Positions 24,201-38,600 of a DNA stretch of 64,000 nucleotides are shown here, one piece after another; the first letter of the stretch is position 1, and every line of letters starts with the position of its first letter. Source of the stretch: Podarcis tiliguerta (Eukaryota); NCBI GenBank assembly GCA_965153285.1, contig OZ229121.1, one strand, 5' to 3'. The position numbers were made by a program, and so were the translations under genes. The notes beneath the pieces were generated by a model. The model searched no databases, had not been told where the DNA came from, and was given only the letters and a program-made list of their open reading frames with translations.

Positions 24201-27200
24201 CTGAACCAATTTTGGGAGAGAATTGCATACAGGTGGCTAACTCTAACAGGGTGGCAGAAAAGACCATTTGGGTTCTTGCCTGGAAACAGGATTTCTGCGC
24301 ATGCAGAGAGGTGACCCCAATTGGGACTTGACCACCACCTAGTGGTCAAAGGCAGAATTACTTCTCAAAAGAGAATCTTCAAAACTCCTTCAATTTTCTA
24401 TTATGACAAGCCAAGGAAGTAGAAACAGAATAGAGAGTGACAGCCAACACTAACTAACAAGCGATAATAACATCTTCTAAATAAAAAATAACAGTAATGA
24501 CTAAAAAGCTCAGGCAAACTGTACCATGAATGCAGAAAGCAGACTCAGGCAGCCCAAGCCATGATTGAAGGCTTCGACACATCTACTTGTTGGCAATGGC
24601 CACATGCCTTTTGTGTATCCAGTTACAGTGTTAATTAACACAGTTAATTTTACCACTCTGGTCTTGGGCAAAAAGTTCAGACATAAAGCAGCTGCCCTGG
24701 AAGTTGAAGGGATGGGCATCGGATCCAGAGCCACCACCAATTTACACAGGAGGAGCAGATAGTGAAAGTACGGAAAGAGATGATAATAGTCAGGTTCCTC
24801 CACCTCACATTCCCCTCTCCGTTCATCCTTATCCAGAATAAGATCAGAGGCGACAGGGTCCCGCTTGGGTAGACTGGGATGCTTTGAAGTAGTTCTGCCC
24901 TATCATGAGGGCAAGGAGAAAAAGTAGTTTTCCCCTCTGCAGCTGAGGCTGGGTGAGTGTAGGGGGGAAATGTAAAACTATTTTTGAACAGGAGGACAGG
25001 CACACAAAGAAATTATTAACAAGAGCTAAACTCAAAGCCTGAACCAAAGGCAAAGGGTAGAATGGGAAGCAATTTGGTGAAGGCAAAATAAAGAACAGGA
25101 TTCCAAAGGTGAGTGGCCCCTGTGAAGGGCCCTTCTCTTTTGAGCAGCAATTTTGCCTTCAACCACAAGGTGGATCTCAAGTGGCAGCTGCATTCACAGA
25201 GTACGCAATTGCAGTAATGTGTACTGCCCAAAGGGAGCCTCAATTTTTAAAGAGCTTTGTAAAGGAGAAGGCTCCTCTGGTCACCACCCAGAAAATACAC
25301 TAAAGTGGGTTGTTTTTGGAAAAAAAGATCACTGAAGTAGCTCCGTATCAAGTGGAGCAAACCTGAAAGTAAATTGGGAAGAAACTTTTGAGTTTTGCAG
25401 CATCTGCTCTAGGTGCCCCAAGCCAACAAGTCAGAAGGAATTAGAGCAGGACATTTTTAGCACACATTACACTAAGACCAAATATTTTGTTGTTCATTGG
25501 TACATAGTCTTACGACTTCTAAAATGGATAAGAACAATATGACACTCTAAAGGCACTTTTAAGGATCCTTGATTTGCATGGGAAAATTGAACATCTGCTT
25601 AATAGTACAATCCTATACATAACCACTCAAAAAGAAACCCAATAAAACTTACTCCCAGGTAAGTATGCATAGTATTTCACCCTAACACTTCTTCATTGAA
25701 GCCAATAGAATACAGTACATATCTGCTTAATCTTTGAATTAAGAATGCAAATCTAGAGGAATCTAGAGGAAATCTTAAGAATGCAAATCTAGAGGAAGTT
25801 ACTGGGAAGCAAGTAAGAATTACTAGAAAATATCAATTCAATATATACAACTAGTCAGCTGTAAACAATTAATCACAGAAGCCACTAACCCAAGGGCCTC
25901 CTTTACCTGCATAAGTTCGAATATTTCTTTTTTTGTGCTTTTTGGCTCTAGAAAGAATCCATATGGGTAAGAACACTTCAGGATGCGACGCGTTTTGAGG
26001 AGTTCTTGTACTGCATCTTCAATGAATGTGGTATCTGGACAACCTCCTTCAGCTGCAAGAGAAATCCAGGCATTGCAAAGAGTATTTTGCTTCCCATTTG
26101 CTGATGGGATGACTATTTTAGCAACAGCAGAACTTATTCTAAACAAAGTATAATGTTTTGTGCAAAATCAAAAATGTTTTTCAAATCCTAATCTAGATTT
26201 CAACAGAAAAAGTTCTATGTCCATTGTTTGACTGCATTCAGATTTCTGCATTCACAAGCCGGCAGTCACATTAGTCCAAATTAAAAGAAATTCACATTGA
26301 AGTCCCACTGAAATTACAAAATACAAGCATGAGCACACAGAGAAGATGGACAGTGCACTCTAAAGACCACTTCAACCAAATGCAGGAAGGAACTTAGGGC
26401 TTCAGATGGAGTAAGATCAGGGGTAGGCAACCTAAGGCCCAGGGGCCGGATGCGGCCCAATTGCCTTCTCAACCCGGCTCACGGACGGTCCAGGAATCAG
26501 TGTGTTTTTACACGAGTAGAATGTGTCCTTTTACTTAAAATGCATCTCTGGGTTATTTGTGGTGCATAGGAATTCATTCATCCCCCCCCCCCCCCAAAAT
26601 ATAGTCTGGCCCACCACATGGTCTGGGGGACGGTGGACTGGCCCACAGCTGAAAAAGGTTGCTGATCCCTGGGTAAGATGCAGAAAGTTCTCTGAAGCTT
26701 CTGTGTTCCTGCCTTCAGTTGCTAGGGGCAGCTGCAGTCCCATGTGAGGACATCTTATACTCACAGGAGAAAAACCATGTCATATAGAACACCATCTACT
26801 AAAATCAGAATGTGTGCAAGAGAAGAGACAGATCTGAATAGCCAAGGATGGAAAAGATGGGTAGGAACTAACTCCTCAAGAGAAGAGATCCTACATGAAA
26901 CTAAAGTTTCTTGTTGCTTTTCAGCATCAGCACAGATAAATGAAGAAAAGGAAGCAACAGAGAGGAACTGTATGACAAGTAGATTGGGGAAGATACTAGC
27001 AGCTGGTATTGCAGAAAATATATCTTTATTTAGATTTGAAGACATAAAGCACATGTCATATACTGCAATATATTGTTTGTTCACCCATTAATCAAAGTAA
27101 ATCAAGCCACACAAATGCTCAGTTTGATAAGGACAAAAGCAGTGGCCAGAAATAAATTGGATTTTGAAAGGCTTTGGTGTACACACATTATTTTGAGCAC

Positions 27201-30200
27201 CCGAATGTATCACATAAACTCAGCACACTTACGTCCACTAAGAGCTCTACTCAGTTGTTCCATCTTTTCTTTGGCTGTTTTTAGAAGGCGCTGTTCTAAC
27301 TAAAAGTAAGATAAAAATTTTAAAAGTGAAAAACACTGTTTTGAACTAATAAAGCTGGAAAATAATTTTATAGAACTATTTCCAACCGTACTTGGTAACT
27401 GAGCTCATGGTTCTTAAACCTTGTGTAATAGTGCATAAATCTATCAAGTTCTTGAAATCGTTTGTGTTTCTTTTCAGCCTAGAAAATAATTATGGGAAAG
27501 AAAGATAAAAAAAATTAACGACTTGCTAGTTTTATCTTAATGTAACATTTATGAGTAAAGGGAAATGGGCAATCAACCATTTAAAATGTGAATAATAGAG
27601 CTTTATTCACAAGCAGCATAGTAATGAATACTGTATGAACAAATCAGCCAGCTGGAAATATACCTTAACACATCTCACAAGTCAAACTGCACTTTGGCGT
27701 TATTAAGTCAAACTCCTAAGCCAGTTTCTTTCTGCCTTACGTTGTATCCTTTGGTGGGTAACATTCCACCCAGCCCCTTTCCGCTGCTTTTCGTTGTGCA
27801 CCCCTCCTTCTGCCATTCTGAGGCAGCCCTCAGAAGTTTCACAGCAGGGGCATGCAAGGTATTGGTGAGGTGAAGATGCTGCTTTCTTGAAGTACATCAA
27901 GCTCTTGGGAGCCTGTTGAGCTACCAGCAGCCTTGCAGTAGGTCACACCTGTACAGGGGCATCAAGTACATACACTGGTGGCTGCACGGGGGAGTTGTAT
28001 AAAGGACCACTGCAATATGCATTGTCACAGTGGCTCTAAAAGATGGTTCCCTAACCAGGGAAATTGCTGTGGCCATGTACACAGCTCTGTAGCGAGGCAA
28101 TGGTAGACATATTTGCTGGCTTTGCATGTTGAACTACAAATCCTTATGTTACCAAGGCTATAATGGGATGGGAGCCAGAAAGTGTGAAGCAGACCTAAAC
28201 ATTTTTTTAAAAACCCCCAAAGGGTTCCAAACTTTAGGAAGCTTCTTAGGCATTTCCTGGTACAGTGGTACCTTGGTTCTCAAACTTAACACATTCCGGA
28301 AGTCCATTTGAAAACCAAATTTGCTTTCCCATAGAAAGTAATGCAAAATGCATTAATCCGTTCCAGACTTTTTAAAAAGCCAGTGTGGTGTAGTGGTTCA
28401 GAGCGGTGGACTCGTTATCTGGTGAACTGGGTTCGCTTCCCCGCTCCTCCACATGCAGCTGCTGGGTGACCTTGGGCTAGTCACACTTCTTTGAAGTCTC
28501 TCAGCCCCACTCACCTCATAGAGTGTTTGCTGTGGGGGAGGAAGGGAAAGGAGAATGTTAGCTGCTTTGAGACTCCTTAAAGGGAGTGAAAGGCGGGATA
28601 TCAAATCCAAACTCCTCTTCTTCTTCTTCTAAAACAGCAATTTAACATGAATTTTACTATATAACAAAACCACTGATGGTTGATAGGAGCTTGTGCTGTA
28701 CTTTAGAAAACGGGCACCTATCCTATGTACAGTGGAACCTTGGTTCTCAAATGCCTTGGTACTCAAGCAACTTGGAACCCAAAAACTGCAAACCTGGAAG
28801 TAAGTGTTGTGGTTTGCAAACTTTTTTCAGAAGTTGAACGTGCTCCGTTTTGAGTGTTATGCTTCTTTTTCGAGTGCCACACTTCTGTTTCGAGTGTTAC
28901 GCTGAGGTCTGTCGGTTTTTGCTATTTATTTTGTGTTTTTGTTTTTGCAGCTTTTTTGTTTTGCTTTTGTGACTGTGTGGAACCCAGTTCAGCTACTTAT
29001 TGATTGTGTGATTGCAGTACATTGTTTATTGCTTTCATTTTATGGATCAATGGTCTCGTGTTAAATTGCTGTTTTAGGGGTTGTTTTTAAAAGTCTGGAA
29101 CGGATTAATCCATTTTGCATTACTTTCTATGAAAAAGCACACCTTAGTTTTGGAAGAGACTTCCGGAATGGATTAAGTTTGAGAACCAAGGTACCACCTG
29201 TATATGTTTCTGGCAGCAAGCTCCAGTGAACACAATGCAATTTACCATTTTCTAAATAAGCATGAACAGGATTGCATTGTCTCCAAAGAACAGAGTAAAT
29301 GACACCCTCTGCCTCTTGTGCAAATTTCAGGCTCAGGGGAGAAGCGGAGATTGTGTCCAACTTTATGCTGTGCTTCCAAGTCTTTCTGAAGCACAGTGTG
29401 AAGTTGGAAATGAGAAATGAATGCTAGAAGAGGGAGGTGTGACGGCCAAGGTGAACATATTTTTGGACCTACTCTGGTTAGCAGTGAAATACCTGAAGTT
29501 TAAAAATCAAATGAATTGCACAAAAAGCTTAAGAAGAAAGGCAAAAATAATTACCCTTCTGTATCTCCTCAGTATTTGTTAGCTTCTTACCTCTGCTGTC
29601 ATTTCCTTGGACTGTTCCTCTACATGTTGAATGACTTCATAGCGAGTACATCTGTAATAACCTCCAGTGGAAGAACTATGCTTCTTCCATTCTTCAAGGC
29701 AAATCCAACAGAAGTCATATTTACACTTGAAAAGGAAAAAGAGAGCTAATTTCTTAAACCAATTCTGTTAAAAGATTTGAAAGGAGACCTAGAATGTTAA
29801 AAACAACAACAATTTGTGTTTTCATCACAGTTATTCAAAGGGTCTATTGGCATTGGTTTCTCCATGTCTGCTATTTACATAACAAAAAGTGTGTGTGTTA
29901 ACTGCATTCACACAATTAAAACTCCATGTCTAGCTTGACCCTAAGTGGAACATGATTCAGAGGATTATCTAAATGCAACCCCCATAGTTCTATGGGTTAG
30001 TGGCCTGCATACAGTTCTGTTAGTGCAGACTGCTGTTGCCAAAATCTTGACCAGTGCCAAATATTGGGGTTGTGCAACTATGTATGCAACAGTATCAGAG
30101 GCAGTGGATGCTTGTTGGTTTCCAAGTGCAATTTTAGGTGCTAATCATTACAGGAATGCCTCGTTTTGTTTCATTTCACTTTACTATGCTTTGCAGATAT

Positions 30201-32566
30201 TGTTCTTTATGAGGATGCAGGCAGCCTGTCCGCTTCAAAGGGCTGCAGCTGGATTTTTCCCTACTGCCCCTGCAGCTAGTGGCCCTAGCTTAAAAGACTA
30301 CAGTATAGTGTAAACATAACTTTTATGTGTACTGGGAAACCAAATAAATTATGTGACTCGCTTTATTGTGATATTCAAACCTGTGGTATCTCTGAGGTAT
30401 GCCTGCACTTTTAAAGCCCTATACACCCGAGTCTAGTATACTTGAAGGACTACCTCCTCTCAAATGAATCAGTCAGTTCTTTAAGATGATGAGAATCTCT
30501 TGTGCCTTCCATTGCCTTCAACATCCAAAGACATATCTTTTTCAACAGGTTTCTGAATTTACTGATTAGACTGCAATGCATTTTTAAAAAATTATGGCAG
30601 CTCTGGTTTATATGCTGTTTTAATGCTGTATGCTATTTTGTGATATTGCTGAATTTTAAATGATTATATAATTTTTAGATCTGTTTTTGTTAGCTGCTTG
30701 AAACATCTCTGTTTGGAGAGGAAAGTGCATGATAGGAATTTAATAATGAAGGTTCGTAGCCAACTAAGTTTTACTGAGAGTAGGCCTACTTAAATTAACT
30801 TGGGTACATGAATTTCAGTGGGTCTACTCTGAGTATGACTAACATGGGATACAACCCGAAATAGATAAATTAATACTTCAGATAATGCTTCTTGTCAAAA
30901 AGAACTAAGGGTGCTATGGACGTTACCTGTTTAAAAAAGTGAAGACTGCAAGAAAAACTACTTTCTCACACCATCGAGCAATCAACACAAAGGCAGTTCT
31001 TTTGATAAAGCAAATTACTGATCACCAGAATGGATATTGTGGACTTTTTAAGACACTGCAAAGTAAACGTTTCTACTTATATTTATATGAACTGTAGCAT
31101 TATTTTGACTCTTTGCTTACTTTTGCACACTGCATATGATTGCAGCCTTCGTTCTTCTGAATTGGGGATTTGCAATTGGCACATGGTTTAGAATTTGTGA
31201 GTAACCATAAGCAGTTGGCAGCATCTTCATAAGCCTCACTAACGCCCACAACTGTGAAAAAGAAAAAATAACGTTAAGGTTTTGTACATGTAATAGTGTG
31301 TTAATAGCAAGTTCATCACTGCATTTTCTAAATTTTCCGAGTATGTAATTAGGCTATTTTTAAATACACTGTAACTCATCCTGAGCACTTATTATAGGGT
31401 GAAAAAGATTTTCAAATTTCTTCATAAACCAGTGTTATGGGACTGGTACTATAAATATCCACAACAAATGCTAAAAATAATGCACAGTCCAAAGGTTAGA
31501 TGCACACACATTTTCACTGCCAGCTTTTGCAATATTTCTTTATAAATTTGCCCACTAATTATAAACAAGCTGTTATTTCCATAAAACATCCCACAAAATT
31601 AAAGCGTACTAATCACTGCAACTCCCAGCAAGGAACAGTATATTTTGCAGATTAATAAGGAGTAGTTGAAATGTTGCATTCCCCTTACATTTTATTTTTA
31701 AATTCCCTCAATTTCTTAGAAATTACTTGTACCCTAATCAACCAAGTCTACATCATGTTTATTTCATCATTATTATTAAACACCTGCCCTTTACCCTAAG
31801 GTCCCAGGGCAGATCACAACAATTTAAAATACATTAGAAACAGTTTATAATAAATTACAATCCCAGGAATAGGTCAAGTGTCAGAGGTCAGAGTAAAGAA
31901 TGTTGTTTGGTGTGACTATGGATTTTAAGTCTACATTCTCAAAAACTTAAACTCAATGCTCTCAGTTTTGAAGCTCAGCTTCCCCAAAGATGGAAATGTA
32001 CAACTATACACCACAGGGAACTCTATCCAACCTGTCAAAATTCAGTTCAAATTATTTGCTGCTTACCTATTAATGCAATTTCATTTTAGGCAGGTTTGAG
32101 AAACTACAGTTTCTCTGCATCACTTACATCATCTGACTTAGGAGACAGACTATGGGTCTATCTAGCTCCCCATTTGCCATGCAAATGAGCAATGGCTCTC
32201 CAGAGTTTCAGACTGGGGATAACAGGGATTGAACCTCAGACCTTCTGCACACAAAGCATTTGTGCTACCACTGAGCTATAACCCTTACTCTTGTCCACAC
32301 TCCCCTTAGGAGGCTAAGCTGCCCATTGTGCAAATCATAATTTAATATACTGTAATAAATAATAAAACAGAATTTCTACAAATTAACAAAAATACCATAA
32401 TGGCCATTCTTACGCTCTTCCGGTTTCATTTCTGTTATCTTCTGCAGCCAGTTCTTCCATGTTTCACAGTCACAGGGTTCATGTGCTTCACCTAAACACT
32501 CCCTGAAAAATTGATCCAAGGCTTTAATAAGCTGAAGATTAAACTCCCTCTTAATTATTATTATTA

Positions 32567-32617
<51 letters not shown>

Positions 32618-35600
32618 TACTGTGTATTCAAGAATACTAGTTCTTAATTCAGGAAGGAAAAAAATCAGATAATATGTTTTGCTAACATGACTAGGTATTC
32701 CAAAGCTGATAGCAATACAGAAGAACAAATCAGAAACAATACCCCAAGGCATAAATGACATAAAATATATAAACCTCAATAACTTGCAGTAGAATTTAAG
32801 TGCATAATTGCAAAGTGCACTTTGAAGTCTCCCTTATGTAATTTAAACTGTTGATTGTAGTCATGATTCGATTTAGCAATCCACTAAGTCTTGAGTTGAG
32901 TATTGATTTATATTAACAGTACTCCCTTCTGTCTCTTTCTCTCTCACACAGAGTTGCATTCTTTTATGAATACAGACCAAACCACTATGAATCAGGATTC
33001 TCAAGTCCTGCTCAAGGCTTTCTGAGTCATGTGTATGTGTAGAACAACATTACTATGTATGTTTACCTTTTCCTCAAACAGTGGCAGAATGTGAGGATCT
33101 CTCATGCAGCATTCTGTCATTTTTAATTTCTTAGATGCTTTAGAGATCCATGCAGAGCTGAAGGAAGACAGCAGTCAGTCTCCTTCCAGACTCCAGCTGG
33201 CACAGAAAGATGTACTTAAAAGTAGGCTAGTGACTCAGACATTTTAGGGCTGCAAATGCTGGGAGGAGAGGCATTGCAATGGTCAGAAATAGGCATTTTG
33301 ACTCAATCTCGCTTTGACACTAGGCCACACTATATCAGATGGGAGGCTGTCACCATGTGTACTGCCTAACAGCAAATTTCAAGCTGGATAAGAGATGGAG
33401 GGTTTTTGAAAGGGCTCTGGCATTAATATTGCAATAATGTTATAAATTGTTGAAGTGCTTTATAAAGATAACAGAAGATCTGTCACAACCTTTAACAGCT
33501 TAAAAAGGAAGTGTCTTCTGTAACTAGGGTAAATGTCACTTAATCAAGCACTATTTTCTGACTGAGAACATGCATTTGTCAAAAATAGGGACAGTCACTG
33601 AATATATCATCTCTACTCCACCTGCCCTTTAATTGAATAGGGACTAATATCAGGAACTGAGATTTCTACAGAGGACAACCCCATGAGCTTATTTCATTAT
33701 TGTTTCTAGTTTTCAAGAAGCAATCAAATTTCTGGAGCAGAAGATGCATCGTTTCCAGATGGTGCCTGGGTGTAGATGTGTCAATATGATTTCCAGATTG
33801 GTCACGACTCGCTCTTTTTTACGGGAAATACAGCAAAATAGCTTCAGACATCTGCTACACATCCAACATACAAAAAACAGAACAACTAAAAATAGCATCA
33901 TTTCAGAATTATAGGTTTATGGAGGAGCCTGATATAGTGCAGGATGCAAGGAATTTTCTCTAGATCTAATGATGAAGAATCTTCTAAAATGCTTTTTGTT
34001 AAGTGAAACGCCACAAACGCCAGAGCGAAAAGGAAAAAAAATGTAGAAAGGAAAATGTAACATTCTGTCACATTCGAAATAAAAAAAGCAACTTTGGGTG
34101 CTCCTTCACCTCTGAATTTATGTTAGAATAGAAGTCTATATATAAATATATATCTCATATACGCAGAGAGAAAAAATATCCACACCCCGCCCCGAAAAAG
34201 CAGGACTATGTATACTTAGCTCACCCTGAGAGGAGCAATTTGCTTATATTCCATTATTATTTAACTGAACTATACTCTTTTTGCAAAAGATTTATACCCC
34301 CAATCAATGTAATCTTGAATTTTAAAAGACCAAAAAGTGCTTTTGAGCAGATAAAATGCTTATTGGTTTAAGAGTCTGAATATGAAGAGAGAAATGAAAA
34401 ATTCAGAATAGGATTTCAGAATGTGAGCACAAAGATCTATATGAAACCAAAGATGAATTTCCCACAAACGGTAATTATTTTAATGCTCGTACATGGACTG
34501 TACGGCACGGTTTCAATTTTTTTAAAAGATCAGCAATCATGTTTAAATCATGTACAAGAAAGCATTACTAACCAGCAGAAGAGATGCCCTTTCCCACAGT
34601 CCACAGCGGGAGCTCTTAGCAGTGGGAAACTAAGTGCTTCTGAACCTGTTGTATTTGACCCTTGCCTTGTTAGCCTGACCGCTCTCTCACAAGCTGGTGT
34701 AGGACACCATTTAATAGAAGGATTATTTTCAACAAAGGCCTGAAAACAAAAGGAGATAGAAATTAGTTGCCATTTTCAATCAGGACTTTCTAACTGATAC
34801 AAAGCTCAATTTCGTGGTGTAAAACTCTGCAGTTTAGAACAGGTGTAGGCCTTAAAATAGCTATAAAAGATAATCATTTTATCCATTATACAATTTTAGT
34901 TATTTGCTATAGCAACATGTAAAGCTCAGCCAAAGAACTCTATTTGGAACATTCATGTATTTTTTATGCAAAAGCTTACAAAGGTCGATCCGGCACAACC
35001 TACAAATTAATAAGGAATGTCTGAAAGGCGGAGAGCAAGGTCTTGGGGGGGGGGGGAGAGGAAAAGATTCCTGTTCCACCTACTTTTCTCTCCACCCCCC
35101 ACCTCCAAATAGGAAATTAGAGGAGCATTAAGTTACAGGCACTGGTGCACTGTGAGGGCCTAACTCTTCCTAGTAAGATTGTAACATGTAGAATTTGGGA
35201 ATAAATTTAGATATGGAGAGCAATATAACTGTATCTCAATTGGGGCTGAATACTAATGGGAAAACTACTTGTAGTACTTAGATGCAATCTGACTGAAGTA
35301 TCAGATGTGCTGGGTTGAAAAAATTACAAACTGTTTAATCATATGAGGAGCCACAACTGGTACATTTAAGAGGTGTGCTGACTCATGAAAAAGGTTTGCA
35401 ATAGTTCATACTTTTTTCTTTCTTTCTTTTTACTGGGTCAGGATCTTTTTGGCTTGAATAAAGATAGCGACTAAGTGAAAGTGTGACCTGTCTCCCATTA
35501 AGCTACTATCACTTTGGGCAACAGCTATCAGGAAAACATTTGTTATAATTTGTATTTAACAAAACAAAAAACAAATCATAATATTTCTTGAAATAGTTGT

Positions 35601-38600
35601 CTATAATACTAGATGCATTTCTTTCTAAGAGTATTTTTAATGACGTCAGAATAATCAGCTCAGATGGATACTTTAGACACATGCTGCTGACAGTTTACCT
35701 TAATGTCAAATTGTAGGTAACGTTTATCCATCTCCTTGGAAACCACACTTTCGATGATCTCCACTGGAACAAGCTGGAAGCAATCATACGCTGGGCAAAA
35801 AATATTGTGGGCTTCACCCTCTTGAATCTTCATATTCAAAAATCTGTTAAAATGTTCATCAGGTTTGAGCAGGAAATATTAGCTCCACCAAAATTAGGGA
35901 GCAAAAATCAACCTATTAATGCCTAAACCTCACAGGTAAGTAAAGAGAGATTATGACTACCTTACAAGCTGTGCAAGGTATTCTGGAAGGCTCTGAGTCA
36001 GCAACTCACAGAGCATTCTGCAATACTGAACAGAACAGGGAAGCCTCTGAGCATGTGGGCACACAGTGGAGTATCAAAAGGAATGATCTAAAATATATTG
36101 AAAGGGTTTACTTTTAGCAGCCCTTTACTGATTTGTGTGGGGTGCATAGCATGAGTCAAAAAGTACCATATCACATTAAGAAGTGGAACATTTTGGTCAG
36201 GGAAAGCTGACATAATGAACTGTGTGTCTGCAATTTTTGTCTCAAGGAAAAACTAGAATAGAAACTGACTTAGTAGCTGTGACTTAGATAATCTCCCCAT
36301 GCTAAGGTGGATAGGGTTTCTGTCCAAAGAAACTCTCCCCACATGCATGATGGAACTGCATTATGTTTAACTTTAATAATACAAGATAACAGCATCTCAT
36401 GGCCAGATAACTTTATGTCCAGATTTTCTCCTTAGGCTTCTTTTCTCAGCTAAGTCAGACTTTATAAGGGACAGTCAACTCCTTAGGATCCTTTGGATTA
36501 CAAGAACAGAACTGGTCCTGCAAGGGCTGCAAAATGTCCCAGAAAGTGGTTCTGAGGCACATTGCAAAATCATAGAATTGTTGGGTTGGAACAGACATCA
36601 TCATAGTAAATACTGTGACTTCCACATTCCCCACTTTGTGCCCAGTAGCTTTAATATTTCATAAGCTTCAAATCTACTTCAGGCTCATACTAGAGCAAAG
36701 ACAGAAGACACACAATCTTTGCTTAATTTTTTTAAATGTTTCCATTCTAGGGCAACTCTAATTTTTAACGACAGCCAGCATCTAAAATGGAAATTAATTT
36801 GTCTTTGGAATAGAATCCTAGCGACATGAACAAACCAACATTAAAAATAAATCAAGACATATTACTACTAGTTTACTAAGTAGGATAATCCCCCCCCCCA
36901 GTAGAGACAATTTTTATATAAAAATGCCTAAATATATACTTACGCTTCCCAGCATGCTCTACAGAACTCATGTCCACAAGGCATATCCACTGGGTCTTCA
37001 AATACAGAAATGTTACACATGCAAATTTCACACTGTAGATAAAAAAATAAAATTATTTTAAAAAATATTTCAAATACTATATAATAGGGATGATTAACCT
37101 GTAGCCTGAACAGCCTTCTTTTTTTAAAAAAAATAAAACTTAAACAGTATGTTTTAGAAAAGTGTTTTGTGTTGTTTATTAAAGTTAATTGATCACTTGA
37201 GTGGGCCCATTTTGATGCCAAGATGCCAAGTTGGACAATGTCAACATAACAAAAATATCCATTGGTTAGTCACTTACACCTCATTTTTATTCAGAAATAA
37301 AGAACTACTTGGAAATCAGGTAAATAAGGCATATTAATCCAAACCTAGATGTCTGGGAGTAAAATTACACCTGCAGTGCATTTTTTGTTGCAGAACTTAC
37401 TCAGAAAAAGACCTGCAACATGGTCTTTGAATCTAGAATACTGTCACCCAAAAAGTAATTAACAATGTCCTCAAATTTCAATCATTTATATTTTTCAACC
37501 ATTTATATTTTTGTTTCTGTGCACAGAAAGTGCCTGGAATGAAAAAAGAATCTCAGGACTACCAACTGAATTTTGCATGTGGAGTGTTTTTTTGTCTTCA
37601 GAGCCCATGTAATATACAGGGACAAACAAATTTTATCCTGTGATATGTGTCCCATCCCTCCCCCCCCCCCCCCCCCAGATTTGAGAAAGGTGTAGTGGGC
37701 AATATCACAAAATTGCTTTTGTTACTATAAGCAATAAAAGTATTCCATACTGCAAAAAAGTCACCTGATACCTTGTTTTCTTATAATGTTCAGCTGCTGG
37801 CCGAGTTCCTCTGCTATGGCAATATCACAATCTACTGCACCACAGATCAGGAATGGGGAACCTCATGCCCAGGGGCCCAACACAGTCCTCCAGGACTCTC
37901 AGGTTTCTCACCAAGTCACACACTCTCCCAATAGATAACTCTTCTCCACACGCCACATCTCCCACAAACATTGTTTTCCACCCTCATTGTGCGTTTCTGC
38001 CTTGCTAGAATGTAAATTAACATTTACTGCTCCACCCACTTCTGCTTTTGGCCCTGCCCACCACTGGCATGTTGGTCTCGGGCCTTGCCACAGAATGGTC
38101 CCATCATTATCTCAATCAAACTGATTCATTTTCTCAAACAAGATGATTCAGAGAAGCAAACTTATTTGCCATTCTTCTGAAACAACCCAAATGGATTTTA
38201 TTACCCCCAAATACACTAGAATTTAGCAGGTGGAAGGGGAATGTTCCCCAAACAATTTGTGTTATGTTACTGCTAATTTAGCCCCAGCTGATGAGATACA
38301 CACACACACAGTGGCATGAAAGGACAGCATATAAACGTTCCTATAAGTAAAATAAATGCAAAGATGTGTTAGGATTGCTCTCGTGAGCTGATTCATATAT
38401 AGAGTTGCTATTTTTCACCTCCACAAATCAGACACCATCTGTGTCACCACCATCGCGTTAAGTGGAGAGCACCCTCTAAATGCCCCTTTTTCCTGTTCTC
38501 CAGCTCTCTTTCTTCAACTAGAGTTGAAGCTCTGGGGCTGGCTGGAAGCTGGAGGATACTGGCATCAGCTGCTGGGAAGGGAGGCTGAGCAGCCTAAACA

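Noticed and set aside
24510-25335. Cluster of short ORFs in a GC-richer part of intron 15
   Set aside because: No recognisable domain or splice structure; probably a decayed repeat that I cannot classify
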